DNA of 59,154 bases, taken from IMG/VR virus record IMGVR_UViG_3300034072_000679, positions 1-59,154 of that record; one strand, written 5' to 3'. This stretch comes from a virus. Both the position numbers and the translations under genes were made by a program. This document shows, one piece after another, positions 17,166 through 26,800 of this stretch. The notes beneath the pieces are model-generated. The model saw only the letters and a list, made by a program, of their open reading frames with translations. It was not told where the DNA came from and made no database searches. Every line of letters starts with the position of its first letter. The stretch's first letter is position 1.

Positions 17166-18562
17166 CGAAGCTGCGTAAGCGCGGTCTCATGGCGCAGGTA
17201 CTCACCCGCATGTCGGCGGGCGACTGCCTTATCAGCGACCGCCACGCCGAATCAATGCTCATGGGCCTGCTCAGCGAAGCCGAACAGGTGACGGACCCGG
17301 TGGCCGCTTGGCAGGAGGTCCGGGGCGAAGTGGCTTCCGCATGGGGCTACGAGGAAGGCCCGGACGGCCCGTCGAAGCCCTTTATCTATCAGGACGGGGT
17401 GGCGGTCATCCCGGTTCACGGGATTCTGGTCAACCGCTTCAACTACTGCTGGGGCTACGTCACCGGCTACGACTTCATCCGGAAGCAGATGAACCTTGCC
17501 GACAAGGACCCTGACGTGCGGTTGATCGTGTTCGATCACGATTCGCCGGGCGGCGAGGCTGCCGGTTGCGACGAACTGGCGCGCGAGATCGCGGCGCTGG
17601 AGAAGCCGACCATGGCTCTCGTCAACAGTCTGTCCGCCTCCGGCGGCTTTTGGCTGGCGGCACCCTGCAACCGGATCGTCTGCGCGCCGTCCGGATCGGT
17701 CGGCAGCATCGGTGTCTACATCCTGCACATGAACATCGCCAAGATGCTGACTGAGTGGGGGATCGACACCGAGTTTGTCAAGAACGGCAAGTTCAAGACG
17801 AGCGGGAATATGTACGAACCGATGTCCGACGAGGACCGGGCTTACCTGCAATCCATGGTGGATGAACGGGCGACCGAGTTCCACCGCGCGGTGGCCGAAT
17901 TTCGCGGCATCGAAGAAAGTGTTGTCAAGGGCACCGAGGCTCGTGTAATGAGGCCCACGGAAGCGTTGTCGCTCGGCCTGATCGACGCGGCGGAGTCTCC
18001 CACAACGGCGGTGGCATCGTTCGTCGCTGAACTTGGCAACGACGAACCTATCACCGATGACTCTCAGGAGGAAGTTACCATGGCAGAAATCAGTTCCGAG
18101 GATCGGGCCGCCGTCGCACAGGAAGCGAAGGCTCGCATCAAGGGCATCATGACCCACGAAGAAGCGAAGGGCCGCGAAGGTCTCGCTGAACACCTTGCCT
18201 ACGACACGGATATGACCGTCGAGCAGGCTGCCGCGATTCTCAAGGCTTCGCCGAAGGCTGAGGCCCCGGCGCAGGAAGCCGAAGGCGCTGACGGCGAAGA
18301 AGCCAGCGATGGCAAGAAGGCCAAGAAGAAGAAGGGCGACGACGACGGCGACGAGGAATACGCCGAGGACGACGCTGGCGACGACAAGGCCAAGAGCAAG
18401 TCGCAGTTCGAGCAGGCGATGGATGGCGGCAGCCACCCGAACGTCGGCCCGGACGGGGGCAGCAACGGCGGTGACGGTGACGCGGTTTCGGCCAACGTCG
18501 CCCGAATCCTCGGGGCGCAGTCGGCGGCAACTGGCCGCAAGATGGAGTCGGCGCGGGCGTAA
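17162..18562 (+). CDS. S49 (SppA/ClpP-fold) prohead protease with scaffold region, lambda gpC-like
   Basis: DSPGGEAAG and SLSASGGFWLA serine-peptidase motifs; charged low-complexity C-terminal third. Confidence 0.8.
   Translation: MTKLRKRGLMAQVLTRMSAGDCLISDRHAESMLMGLLSEAEQVTDPVAAWQEVRGEVASAWGYEEGPDGPSKPFIYQDGVAVIPVHGILVNRFNYCWGYVTGYDFIRKQMNLADKDPDVRLIVFDHDSPGGEAAGCDELAREIAALEKPTMALVNSLSASGGFWLAAPCNRIVCAPSGSVGSIGVYILHMNIAKMLTEWGIDTEFVKNGKFKTSGNMYEPMSDEDRAYLQSMVDERATEFHRAVAEFRGIEESVVKGTEARVMRPTEALSLGLIDAAESPTTAVASFVAELGNDEPITDDSQEEVTMAEISSEDRAAVAQEAKARIKGIMTHEEAKGREGLAEHLAYDTDMTVEQAAAILKASPKAEAPAQEAEGADGEEASDGKKAKKKKGDDDGDEEYAEDDAGDDKAKSKSQFEQAMDGGSHPNVGPDGGSNGGDGDAVSANVARILGAQSAATGRKMESARA
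18080..18562 (+). CDS. Nested in-frame scaffolding protein (lambda Nu3-like arrangement)
   Basis: Internal in-frame ATG at 18080 preceded by AGGAGGAAG; same stop as the protease gene. Confidence 0.55.
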   Translation: MAEISSEDRAAVAQEAKARIKGIMTHEEAKGREGLAEHLAYDTDMTVEQAAAILKASPKAEAPAQEAEGADGEEASDGKKAKKKKGDDDGDEEYAEDDAGDDKAKSKSQFEQAMDGGSHPNVGPDGGSNGGDGDAVSANVARILGAQSAATGRKMESARA

Positions 18563-18582
18563 GCTCGCTCTGGCTCTCCGTG

Positions 18583-18593
18583 GAAATCATTTC
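18583..18593. repeat. GAAATSATTTC palindrome copy
   Basis: GTGGAAATCATTTCAACAGGAGA; intergenic, 18 nt upstream of the ATG at 18611. Confidence 0.9.
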
Positions 18594-18610
18594 AACAGGA
18601 GAACCTACCA

Positions 18611-19018
18611 ATGGCTGACGGTTACACCAACGCCGACTGGGCCGCTCAGGGCAACACCCTTGAAGGCCAGTACACGCCGACCCAGCTTTTCACGGCTGAG
18701 GACGAGATCAAGACCAAGCCCGCTCTCGTACTGACTGGTCAGGACCTCGCTTTCGGCACCATCGTCGCTTTCGACGCTGCCAACAAGATCGTCCCGTGGG
18801 ACCCGGCGGCACTGGACAGCGAAGCCAAGCCGGTCGGCGTTCTCGCTACGGCGATCAACACGACCAGTCCGGCAGGCGACCGCAACGCGGAAATCTACGT
18901 CGGCGGCTGCTTCAATCCCGATCTGCTGGTCTGGCCTGCGGCTCTCGATACGTGGCTGGAGCGCAACGCTGCGCTCGATGTCGCGGGTGCGCCGTTCCGG
19001 GTCAAGCGTCTGGCTTGA
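18611..19018 (+). CDS. Head decoration protein, lambda gpD-like
   Basis: 135 aa directly upstream of gpE-like capsid gene; PVGVLATAI...IYVGGCFN pattern. Confidence 0.7.
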   Translation: MADGYTNADWAAQGNTLEGQYTPTQLFTAEDEIKTKPALVLTGQDLAFGTIVAFDAANKIVPWDPAALDSEAKPVGVLATAINTTSPAGDRNAEIYVGGCFNPDLLVWPAALDTWLERNAALDVAGAPFRVKRLA

Positions 19019-19031
19019 TCCACGCTTTCTG

Positions 19032-19066
19032 TTCCCGGCGGCTATTGTAGTCGCCGGGAATTTCGA
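19032..19066 (+). terminator. Hairpin plus T-run (possible attenuating terminator)
   Basis: TTCCCGGCG(19032-40)/CGCCGGGAA(19052-60) followed by TTTCG. Confidence 0.5.
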
Positions 19067-19122
19067 GTAACCATCTCCCCAAGCCGTTCATAGGGACGGG
19101 GGACCTGCGAAGGAGACGCCAC

Positions 19123-20211
19123 ATGGCCGTTGAACTCTACGATACGATGACCCTGATTGGCGTTCAGAACCGCCAGCAGATCGACCCGCTTTTCTTCCTC
19201 CAGTGGTTTCCGGACGAAATCACCTTCACGACCGAGAAGGTGATGTTCGACGAGATCACCGAGGATCGTTACATCCTTGCGCCGTTCGTTGCCCCGCACG
19301 TCGAGGGCCGCGTGATGGCGAAGGGTGGTTTCGACACCCGGTCGTTCAAGCCCGCCTACGTCAAGCCGAAGCACGACATCGACATCAACCAGCAGTTCAA
19401 GCGCCGCGCCGGGGAAGCCATCGGCACGGGTTCGCTGACCCCGGAGCAGCGGTATGACGCGACCATCGCCGAGAACTTCCGGATCGAGCGCGAGATGATC
19501 GAGCGCCGGATCAACTGGATGTGCGCTCAGGCACTCGTCAACGGTTCGGTCGTGGTGGAAGGCGAGGACTACCCGCGCGTCACCATCGACTTCAACCGCG
19601 ATGCCGGTCTGACCGAAGTTCTGGCGGGCACCGCGCGCTGGGGCGAATCGGCGGCCACTCCGCTCGACGACCTCAACGTGAAGATGAAGCTGGCGCGCAA
19701 GCTCTCGGGCGGGCGCATCACCGACATCATCATGGGCGAGGAAGCCTACGACCGCTTCTACAAGAACGCGGACGTGAAGGCCCTGCTGGACACCAACTAC
19801 CGCATCGGCGGTACGGCGGCGGACAGCCTGATCCTCGGGCAGGCCGAGACCGACAAGGAAGCCGAACTCAAGGCCGTTCTGGCCGGGGGCCAGTCGGCGG
19901 CTCGTGTCCGTGTCTGGACCTACGCAGGCTTCTTCCACCAGCGCGATCCGGACACCGGGGCACTGACCGAGGGCTACTACATCGACCCGAACGCGGTGGT
20001 CGGCGTGGGCAACAAGCTCAACGGTGTCCAGTGCTTCGGGGCCATCAAGGACCCGAACGCCGGTCTGCGCGCCATGCGGATGTTCCCGCGCATCGTGGAC
20101 AAGAAGAACGACGACCCGGCGAAGGAATACACCCTGACCCAGTCGGCCCCGCTGCCGGTTCCCATGGAGCCGAACAACAGCTTCAAGCTGCAAGTCCACG
20201 ACCCGGACTGA
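19123..20211 (+). CDS. Major capsid protein, lambda gpE family
   Basis: 362 aa; N-terminal LYDTMTLIGVQN...LFFLQWFP...FDEI...LAPFVAP pattern typical of gpE-type capsids. Confidence 0.85.
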   Translation: MAVELYDTMTLIGVQNRQQIDPLFFLQWFPDEITFTTEKVMFDEITEDRYILAPFVAPHVEGRVMAKGGFDTRSFKPAYVKPKHDIDINQQFKRRAGEAIGTGSLTPEQRYDATIAENFRIEREMIERRINWMCAQALVNGSVVVEGEDYPRVTIDFNRDAGLTEVLAGTARWGESAATPLDDLNVKMKLARKLSGGRITDIIMGEEAYDRFYKNADVKALLDTNYRIGGTAADSLILGQAETDKEAELKAVLAGGQSAARVRVWTYAGFFHQRDPDTGALTEGYYIDPNAVVGVGNKLNGVQCFGAIKDPNAGLRAMRMFPRIVDKKNDDPAKEYTLTQSAPLPVPMEPNNSFKLQVHDPD

Positions 20212-20230
20212 TCGCTGCCTGAATGAAGGG

Positions 20231-20258
20231 AGGCCGGGGGCGACCCCGGCCTTTCTTG
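20231..20258 (+). terminator. Rho-independent terminator after capsid gene
   Basis: AGGCCGGGG-GCGA-CCCCGGCCT followed by TTCTTG. Confidence 0.7.
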
Positions 20259-20295
20259 CCCTGCAACCCAGAGAACCCAAGAAGGAATTACCCAG

Positions 20296-20706
20296 ATGGC
20301 ACTCAAGCTGCTTCTCGTGGCTTTCACCACGACCCGCGAAATCGAGGGCACCGAGCGCCGCGTCCGCTTCGACGCGAAGAAGGTGGTCGATCTCAGCGAA
20401 TCCGAACTGGAACTGCTGGACAAGCTCACCGTGGCGACTGGCAAGCTCCACTACCGCGAGCCGATCAGCGAAGGCGGCAAGGTCGTCGCCTCCGAGCCGG
20501 AAATCGTCCAGCTTCCCGACTACGAAGGGCAGGACGTGCCCATGGGCAGCAAGAACGTCGATCATCTCAAGGCGTACCTGACCTTCCACGGCATCGCTTT
20601 CGAGGCGAGCGCCAAGAAGGCCGAACTGCTCGCGCTGGCGCAGGCTCACGAAGCCGGTGAAGGCGACGACGACGCTGACGACGGCGACGTGGACGGCGGC
20701 CTCTAA
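20296..20706 (+). CDS. Head-module protein with HeH/SAP-like motif and acidic GGL tail
   Basis: NVDHLKAYLTFHGIAFEASAKKAELLALAQ resembles a HeH/Rho-N fold; ends DDADDGDVDGGL. Confidence 0.6.
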   Translation: MALKLLLVAFTTTREIEGTERRVRFDAKKVVDLSESELELLDKLTVATGKLHYREPISEGGKVVASEPEIVQLPDYEGQDVPMGSKNVDHLKAYLTFHGIAFEASAKKAELLALAQAHEAGEGDDDADDGDVDGGL

Positions 20707-20714
20707 GGCCGGAC

Positions 20715-21125
20715 ATGGTGTCTCTCGCAGACATCAAGGCGAAAGCACGGCGAGCCATCCACGGACGGCTCGCCGTTTCCGCGTCTCTCGTGGACGTGGC
20801 ACACCCGAGCGGCCTGATCTTCGCGGACGACTATGAGGGCGAGACCCTGACCGTCCGGTACCACAACAAGCTGGATCGCGCGGGCGGACTGAATGACGAC
20901 TACGCCGAGATCATCGACGGGATCGACCGGCTCGTTTTCCACGACGACAACGTGGCCGCAGTTTCCGCCGCTCTGGTCGCCAACGGGGAAGCCCCTCTGG
21001 CGCTCGCTCGGGGCGCTCAGGTAACGATCCCGGATTACAAGGGCCTCACCTTCGCTCTGGACAGCCAGCAGCCTCCAGACGGCCCCGGAGAGGTCGTGTG
21101 GGTCGTGGCCCGCAAGCGGGGCTAG
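20715..21125 (+). CDS. Head-tail connector/adaptor (by position)
   Basis: 136 aa ORF between head and tail modules. Confidence 0.5.
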   Translation: MVSLADIKAKARRAIHGRLAVSASLVDVAHPSGLIFADDYEGETLTVRYHNKLDRAGGLNDDYAEIIDGIDRLVFHDDNVAAVSAALVANGEAPLALARGAQVTIPDYKGLTFALDSQQPPDGPGEVVWVVARKRG

Positions 21126-21140
21126 ACCAAGGAGCGGGGC

Positions 21141-21767
21141 ATGTCCGCCAGAATCACCGCTGTCAACCTTCTCGACATCGACGAGTTCCTGTCTGCCCAG
21201 CCGGAGAACGCCCGGACGGCAGCGAGGATCGCGATCAACGACATCGCCGGTCGCAAGGCAGTACCGCGTCTGCGCCGGGCGATGCGAGAGGAGATCGCCT
21301 TTCCGCCCGGCTACCTAGAGGATCAGCAGCGATTCGGGGTGTCGAAGCGCGCGACCAACGCGGACTTGTCCGCCAGTATCGTCGCTCGCTTCCGCCCGAC
21401 ATCACTGGCCCGCTTCACGAATGACAGCCCGGAGGGCGCGCGCCGGACCGGAGGGGTTAGCGTCCGGGTCAACCCGTCAGGGGGCGCTAAGCGAATCGGG
21501 GGTGCCTTCTTCGTCAAGCTCCGCCGGGGTCGAGATACCAGCGATGGGTTCAACGTAGGGCTTGCAGTTCGCCTGAAACCCGGCCAGACGTTGCGCGGGC
21601 GAAAGAAGGGCGGACAGGGGGTGCAACTAGCGCCGGACCTCTATCTGCTATATGGTCCGTCGGTAGATCAGGTGTTCCGCGAAGTCAGCGTGGCCGAAAG
21701 CCCCGCCGTGGCCGACGATCTCCAGCGGGAGTTCCTTCGCCAGTACGTGCGAATCAGCAGTAAGTGA
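21141..21767 (+). CDS. Neck/head-closure protein, HK97 gp10-like (tentative)
   Basis: 208 aa; synteny; ARIAINDIAGRKAVPRLRRAM pattern. Confidence 0.5.
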   Translation: MSARITAVNLLDIDEFLSAQPENARTAARIAINDIAGRKAVPRLRRAMREEIAFPPGYLEDQQRFGVSKRATNADLSASIVARFRPTSLARFTNDSPEGARRTGGVSVRVNPSGGAKRIGGAFFVKLRRGRDTSDGFNVGLAVRLKPGQTLRGRKKGGQGVQLAPDLYLLYGPSVDQVFREVSVAESPAVADDLQREFLRQYVRISSK

Positions 21768-21773
21768 GGTCGT

Positions 21774-21784
21774 GAAATGATTTC
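21774..21784. repeat. GAAATSATTTC palindrome copy
   Basis: CGTGAAATGATTTCCAAG; contains the ATG (21777) of the next gene, read M-I-S. Confidence 0.9.
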
Positions 21785-22325
21785 CAAGAAGCTCGCGATC
21801 ATGAAGGCACTGACCGCCCACTTGCAGGGCATCACGCCGGACTGGACCGATCTGCCGCCGGAGATGACGGGAGAGGTCTGCCCGTTTGATCTCAGCCAGA
21901 GCGTGTTCCGGGGCCGACTTGAGTTCGGCGACGAAATCCCCAGCCCGTTTATCGCGATCTTGGAGGCCCCGCGCCAACTTGATCCGAACGGCGCGGGCAA
22001 CGATCTGATACAGGACGAGGACTGGACGATCCTTATTCAAGGCTTCGCCCCCGACGACGTAGTGAACCCGCTCGACCCGGCCTACGAGCTTCTGGCGTGG
22101 GTTCAAATGCGCCTCGCGCGCATAACCACGGAGAAGAAAAACGGGGGCCGAGGGGGTCTATATCCGGATGAATGGCGACTTGGTGGACTTGTTGCCAACA
22201 TCCGTTACCAGATTCCTATTGTGCGACCCGGCAAAGATGGTGTATCCGACACCGCGTACTTCTACATGCCCATCTCAGTCGGGAATGTGACTGACCTTAC
22301 CGTGCCCTTTGTTCAGGAGGATTGA
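21777..22325 (+). CDS. Tail terminator/neck protein (by position)
   Basis: 182 aa ORF immediately upstream of major tail gene. Confidence 0.5.
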   Translation: MISKKLAIMKALTAHLQGITPDWTDLPPEMTGEVCPFDLSQSVFRGRLEFGDEIPSPFIAILEAPRQLDPNGAGNDLIQDEDWTILIQGFAPDDVVNPLDPAYELLAWVQMRLARITTEKKNGGRGGLYPDEWRLGGLVANIRYQIPIVRPGKDGVSDTAYFYMPISVGNVTDLTVPFVQED

Positions 22326-22327
22326 CC

Positions 22328-23116
22328 ATGCCGCGCACAAAGAACTACACCCTCGGAGCGGGTAAGCTCTACTTCGACCGGATGGATGCCGATGGCAATC
22401 TGACTGGCGAGTTCTACATCGGCAACACGACCAGCCTGACCGGCTCGACGGACGAAACCCGCGAGGAGCATTTCTCGTCGGACGAAGCCAGCCGCGACAA
22501 GGATGCGTCGGTCGTGACCCAGTCGGATCAGACCGTCGGCTTCACCACCGACGACATCCAGCCGGAAAACCTCGCGATGCTCTGGAAGGGCACCGCCGAG
22601 ATTCTGGCCGTGTCGGCAGCCGCCGCCGAGGTCGATACCCTGACCGTCATGCGCGGTCGCTGGTACCAGCTTGGCATGTCGCCGACCAGCCCGACGGGTG
22701 CGCGCTCGGTCACGATCACCAGCGTCACTGACGACGAAGTCGCTCCGGTCGCGGTCCCCGGCGGCGCGGGCGGCGTGAACTACGATGTCGATCTCGAACT
22801 GGGCCGCATTTTCATCAAGGAAGATGCCCCGGATATCGCCGACGGCGATTCGATCATCGTGACCTACGACATCGCGGCGCACAGCCGTACCGTCGTGATC
22901 TCCAAGGGCGAGACGATCCGTGGTGCGCTGCGCTACATCGCCGACAACACCGCCGGGATCAACCGCGACGACTACTGGCCGCTGGTCGAACTCTCGCCCG
23001 ACGGCGACTACGAGTTCAAGGCCGACTCGTGGAGCGAGATGTCGTTCACCGGGGAAGTCCTCAAGAAGGAGGGCTACTTCAAGCACTACGTTGACGGGCG
23101 GCCCGTCACCGCGTAA
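22328..23116 (+). CDS. Major tail tube protein
   Basis: ATG 22328 seven nt after AGGAGG; position before chaperone pair and tape measure; followed by terminator. Confidence 0.65.
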   Translation: MPRTKNYTLGAGKLYFDRMDADGNLTGEFYIGNTTSLTGSTDETREEHFSSDEASRDKDASVVTQSDQTVGFTTDDIQPENLAMLWKGTAEILAVSAAAAEVDTLTVMRGRWYQLGMSPTSPTGARSVTITSVTDDEVAPVAVPGGAGGVNYDVDLELGRIFIKEDAPDIADGDSIIVTYDIAAHSRTVVISKGETIRGALRYIADNTAGINRDDYWPLVELSPDGDYEFKADSWSEMSFTGEVLKKEGYFKHYVDGRPVTA

Positions 23117-23150
23117 TCTGCTGCCTGCACAGAGGGCAGGACGCAAAGGG

Positions 23151-23178
23151 AAGGCGGTCCTCCGGGGCCGCCTTTTCT
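23151..23178 (+). terminator. Rho-independent terminator after major tail gene
   Basis: AAGGCGG...CCGCCTT stem followed by TTTTCTG. Confidence 0.6.
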
Positions 23179-23199
23179 GTGCCAACACAAGGAGTCGAT

Positions 23200-23682
23200 A
23201 TGGCAGTAAATTTCGAGATCGAGACGACCCGAATCGAGGTCGGCAAGAACGGCGGTTTCTTCACCGTCCGGGGCATGAACTCGGAGGACGTGACGTTCCT
23301 CACCATGCACTATCTGGACGACATGAAGAAGGTCGTCGCGAAGTATGCAGGGACCGGCGGGATCATGCCGAAGGACCGCGTGGCCGATGTCATCATGGAC
23401 CTTGCCAAGGACTTCCCGATGATGGTCGTGGAAATCATTTCCCGTTGCGCCGAGGCAACTTCGGCGGATGACGTGGACAAGTTCCGCCGACTCTCTTTCG
23501 TCAAGCAGATCGAAGCCCTCAAGGCGATCTTCCTGCTGACGGTCGAGGATGGGGGCATCGAACTGGGAAAGCTCGCAGGGGTCGTGGCAAGTCTGCTGGA
23601 GGCAAACGGCCTTCCGCCGGGACCCCTGACGAAGTCCTTGCAGACTATTATCGAAACATCCGGGAGACCGTCAGCCACCTAA
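23200..23682 (+). CDS. Tail assembly chaperone (gpG-like)
   Basis: ATG 23200 after AAGGAG; directly upstream of tape measure; contains slippery heptamer. Confidence 0.75.
   Translation: MAVNFEIETTRIEVGKNGGFFTVRGMNSEDVTFLTMHYLDDMKKVVAKYAGTGGIMPKDRVADVIMDLAKDFPMMVVEIISRCAEATSADDVDKFRRLSFVKQIEALKAIFLLTVEDGGIELGKLAGVVASLLEANGLPPGPLTKSLQTIIETSGRPSAT
23431..23441. repeat. GAAATSATTTC palindrome copy
   Basis: GTGGAAATCATTTCCCGT; read V-E-I-I-S. Confidence 0.9.
23565..23571 (+). promoter_or_regulatory. -1 programmed frameshift slippery heptamer GGGAAAG
   Basis: Zero frame reads G GGA AAG; identical to the lambda G/GT heptamer; -1 frame stays open to 23879. Confidence 0.8.
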
Positions 23683-23879
23683 AGGCGAACGGCCACCCGG
23701 ACGCGCATCGGTACCCGCTGGGCAAACTGGCTAACGAGGAAGAAATTCTGAGGACGATCAAGCGTCGTGAAGCAGCTTTCCGTATGGTAGTAGACCAACA
23801 TGTTGCGTCTGCATCTTTCATGGGAGGTAAAAAGGCGGTAAAGGCGTTCGAGAAACTTCTTCGCGAACTTGAGGATTAG
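23571..23879 (+). CDS. gpT-like extension of the tail chaperone, expressed by -1 frameshift (GT fusion 23200..23879)
   Basis: -1 frame reads ...DYYRNIRETVSHLKANGHPDAHRYPLGKLANEEEILRTIKRREAAF...LLRELED, stop TAG 23877-23879. Confidence 0.7.
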   Translation, partial: ARRGRGKSAGGKRPSAGTPDEVLADYYRNIRETVSHLKANGHPDAHRYPLGKLANEEEILRTIKRREAAFRMVVDQHVASASFMGGKKAVKAFEKLLRELED

Positions 23880-23884
23880 GCGAG

Positions 23885-26800
23885 ATGGCAACGACCCGGC
23901 GCGACATCGAACTGCTGATCTCGGCGAAGGAGACGACCGGGCGCTCCTTCAAGCAGGTGACGGCCAACATCGACGCGCTTAACGCGAAGATCGCTGACCA
24001 GATCGCCGCAGCCGAGCGGGGCGAGATCAGCCTGCAAGAGCTTCGGCAGACGCAGGAAGCCCTTTCGCAGGCCGGGCGGGACCTCTCGGCTATCCAAGGC
24101 CAGATCGACGCGTACAACCGGCTGGTGGCAACCTCGGACAAGGTGGGGGCTGCTGCCGACAAGGCTAAGACCGAGCTTGCCGCTCTCAAGGCCGAGGTCG
24201 CTGCCGCAGGCGAGGCGACCAAAGCTCAAGAGAGTAAGATGCAGCGTCTCGAAAACGCTGTCACCAAGACCTCCGCTGCGGTCGAGAAGAACAAGACAGA
24301 CCTTGCCGAGCAGATCGCCGTTCTGGAGCGCGCTGGAATCGCCACCCGCGATCTCGATGCCGCCCAGACCGGCGTGGTCAACACCGCGCGCCAGATCGGT
24401 ACCGGCCTGTCTCAGGTCAACGCTTCGATCAACGACTATGCCACGAACCTCGCTGCGGCGCGCGACCGAGAGGCCCAGACCCGCCGCAATGCGGCTGATC
24501 TGGCGAAGCTGGAAGCGGCTGAGCGCAAGGCCGCCTTGGCCGGGGATATCCGGGCCGAGCAGGATGCCGCTGCTCGCCGGATCGCCTTGCTCAATGAGAT
24601 CAAGGAATCGGAGGCACGGCTCGCTCAGCAGCAAGCGTTCGATAGCAAGATTTCCGAGGCCCAGCGTCTCGGGGATGCCAGCCGCTTCGTCAAGCTGTTC
24701 GCAGACGCGGTCAACTCAGTCGCCATCGCCGAGAACCAACTTAGCGCGCTGACGGGTTTCCGTGCCGTCGGTCAGCAGGCCGCCGAGGCCGCGCGCGATG
24801 TCTCCCGGTTCGTAGAAGCCGGGCAGCAGATGGCAGTCTCGTCCTCGCAGGTGGCCGCCGGGCTTCGGGCTATCGTTGAGCCGGGACAGGCAGCCTTGCG
24901 TACGCTCGCAGGGGTCGAGGATGCTATCGCTCAAGCGGATGCCGCGTCTGCCGAAGGTGTCACCAACGTCGGGGCACTCAATAGCGCCTACAACGATCTG
25001 GCGGCAGCGTCGGCGGCTCTCCTGCAACAGGGTCGTCTGGTCGATCAGTTCCAAGATCAGGCGACCGCTGTAGCCGCTGCTCGAAATCAGTTCGAGGCAG
25101 CGCAGGCCGAAGTGATCCAACTTGGTCAGGCCATGGCTCAGGCCGATACGCCGACCGAGCAGCTTGCCAACTCGCTCCGGCAGGCGGAAGCCCGGCTGGA
25201 GACGACCGGGCGCGCTCTGGCGCAGGAGGAGAACCGGCTGGGCCAGCTTAGCCGGAGCCTGCGAGAGGCGGGACTTAACACGGCTGATCTGGCAGCAGAA
25301 CAAGCTCGACTAGAGGCTGCCGCCAACCGGGTTAGCACGGCTACCGAGCGGATCGACACGACCCTCGGACGCGGTGGCCGGGCGACCAACGGTCTGTTTG
25401 GCCTCAAGCCGAATGATCTGGCGAACCTGAACTTCCAGTTGCAGGACATCTTCGTCAGCCTGCAAGCCGGGCAGAATCCGCTCACGGTTTTGATTCAGCA
25501 GGGTTCCCAGATCAGCCAGATTTTCCCCGGCTTGATCTCTACGGTCGCCAAGCTGGCGCTCCGGTTCTTCCCGCTGATCGCGATTATCGCGGCGGTCGGG
25601 GCCGCCTTTGTCGAACTCGCCACGGACGCGGCGCGCTTGCGTCAGGCGCAAGAGGACCTTGCTTCCGCGCCTCTCGGGGCGAATATCGACGTGCAGCGGT
25701 TTGCGGACGCGCAGGAGAAGCTGGAGGGCGTAGCAGAGACCGCCGAAGAAGCCCGAGAAGCCATGCTGTTGCTGGTGGAGGAGGGTTTCGACACCGATTC
25801 TATCGAGCGGTATTCTGTTGCGGCTGGACAGCTTGCCGAGCGGCTGGGGATCGACGTTGTCGAGGCGACCCAGCTTCTCGTAGACGTGCAACAGGGTGGG
25901 ATCGACGCTGTTCTTGAGCTTGCCGAGAAAACCAACGATCTGACCGAAGCCGATCTGGACAACGCTAACGCGCTGTTCGAGGCCGGGGAGGCGGCACAGG
26001 CTCGCCAGTTCATCCTCGACCGGGTGGCTGAGCGCAACGCGCAGATCGCCCGCGCCACTCAATCCGAGTGGACCCCGGCGGTCAACAACCTCAAGTCGGC
26101 GTTCAGCAGCTTCGCAGACTTCTTGGGCCGGACTTTCGGGCCGATCCTCGACGGCATCAATCAGTACATCAACAACACCATCGTCGGCTTTACCTTTCTG
26201 ACGGGCCTGCTCGCCGGGAAGGGCGTGGCCGGGGCGCAGGCGGACGCTTTTGAGGTCATCCGTACTCAGCGCGGGCTTAACGCGGCCCCGGCGCGCGGCG
26301 CGAGCGATCAGCAGATTCGGGATCGCCGATTCCGGGCTGAGCTTGACGAGGAGATCGACCAGACCCGCGAACTGACTTCGCAGGAGCGGTTGCGCCGGGC
26401 CGAGGTCGAGGCTCGCCGCCGTGCCCAGAACGCCGGGGTCAGCAAGGCGCTGGAGGATCGCGCTGTCCAGCAAGCTATCGCGGCAGAGCAGAAGAAGATC
26501 AACGAGGAGGGCGCGAAGGCATCTAAGCGGTCCAGCGCCGCGTCTAATAAGGCTGCACGGGCCGCAGCAGCGGAAGAACGCAAGCGTGAGTCTGCTCTCC
26601 GTAGTCTGGAGGGCCAGCTTCGCCAGTTGAACCGGGCTGCCTTCACCGGGGTCTCGGCCACGCTGGAGGAGCGCCTGACGGCCATCGACGAGAAGTACGA
26701 GAACATCGCCGAGAGCCTTGAGAAGGTGCGCCGTCTGGGCTTGACGACCACGGCGGACGGAGTACCGCTCGCTGAGATCGAAAAGCAGGTTGAGGCCACC

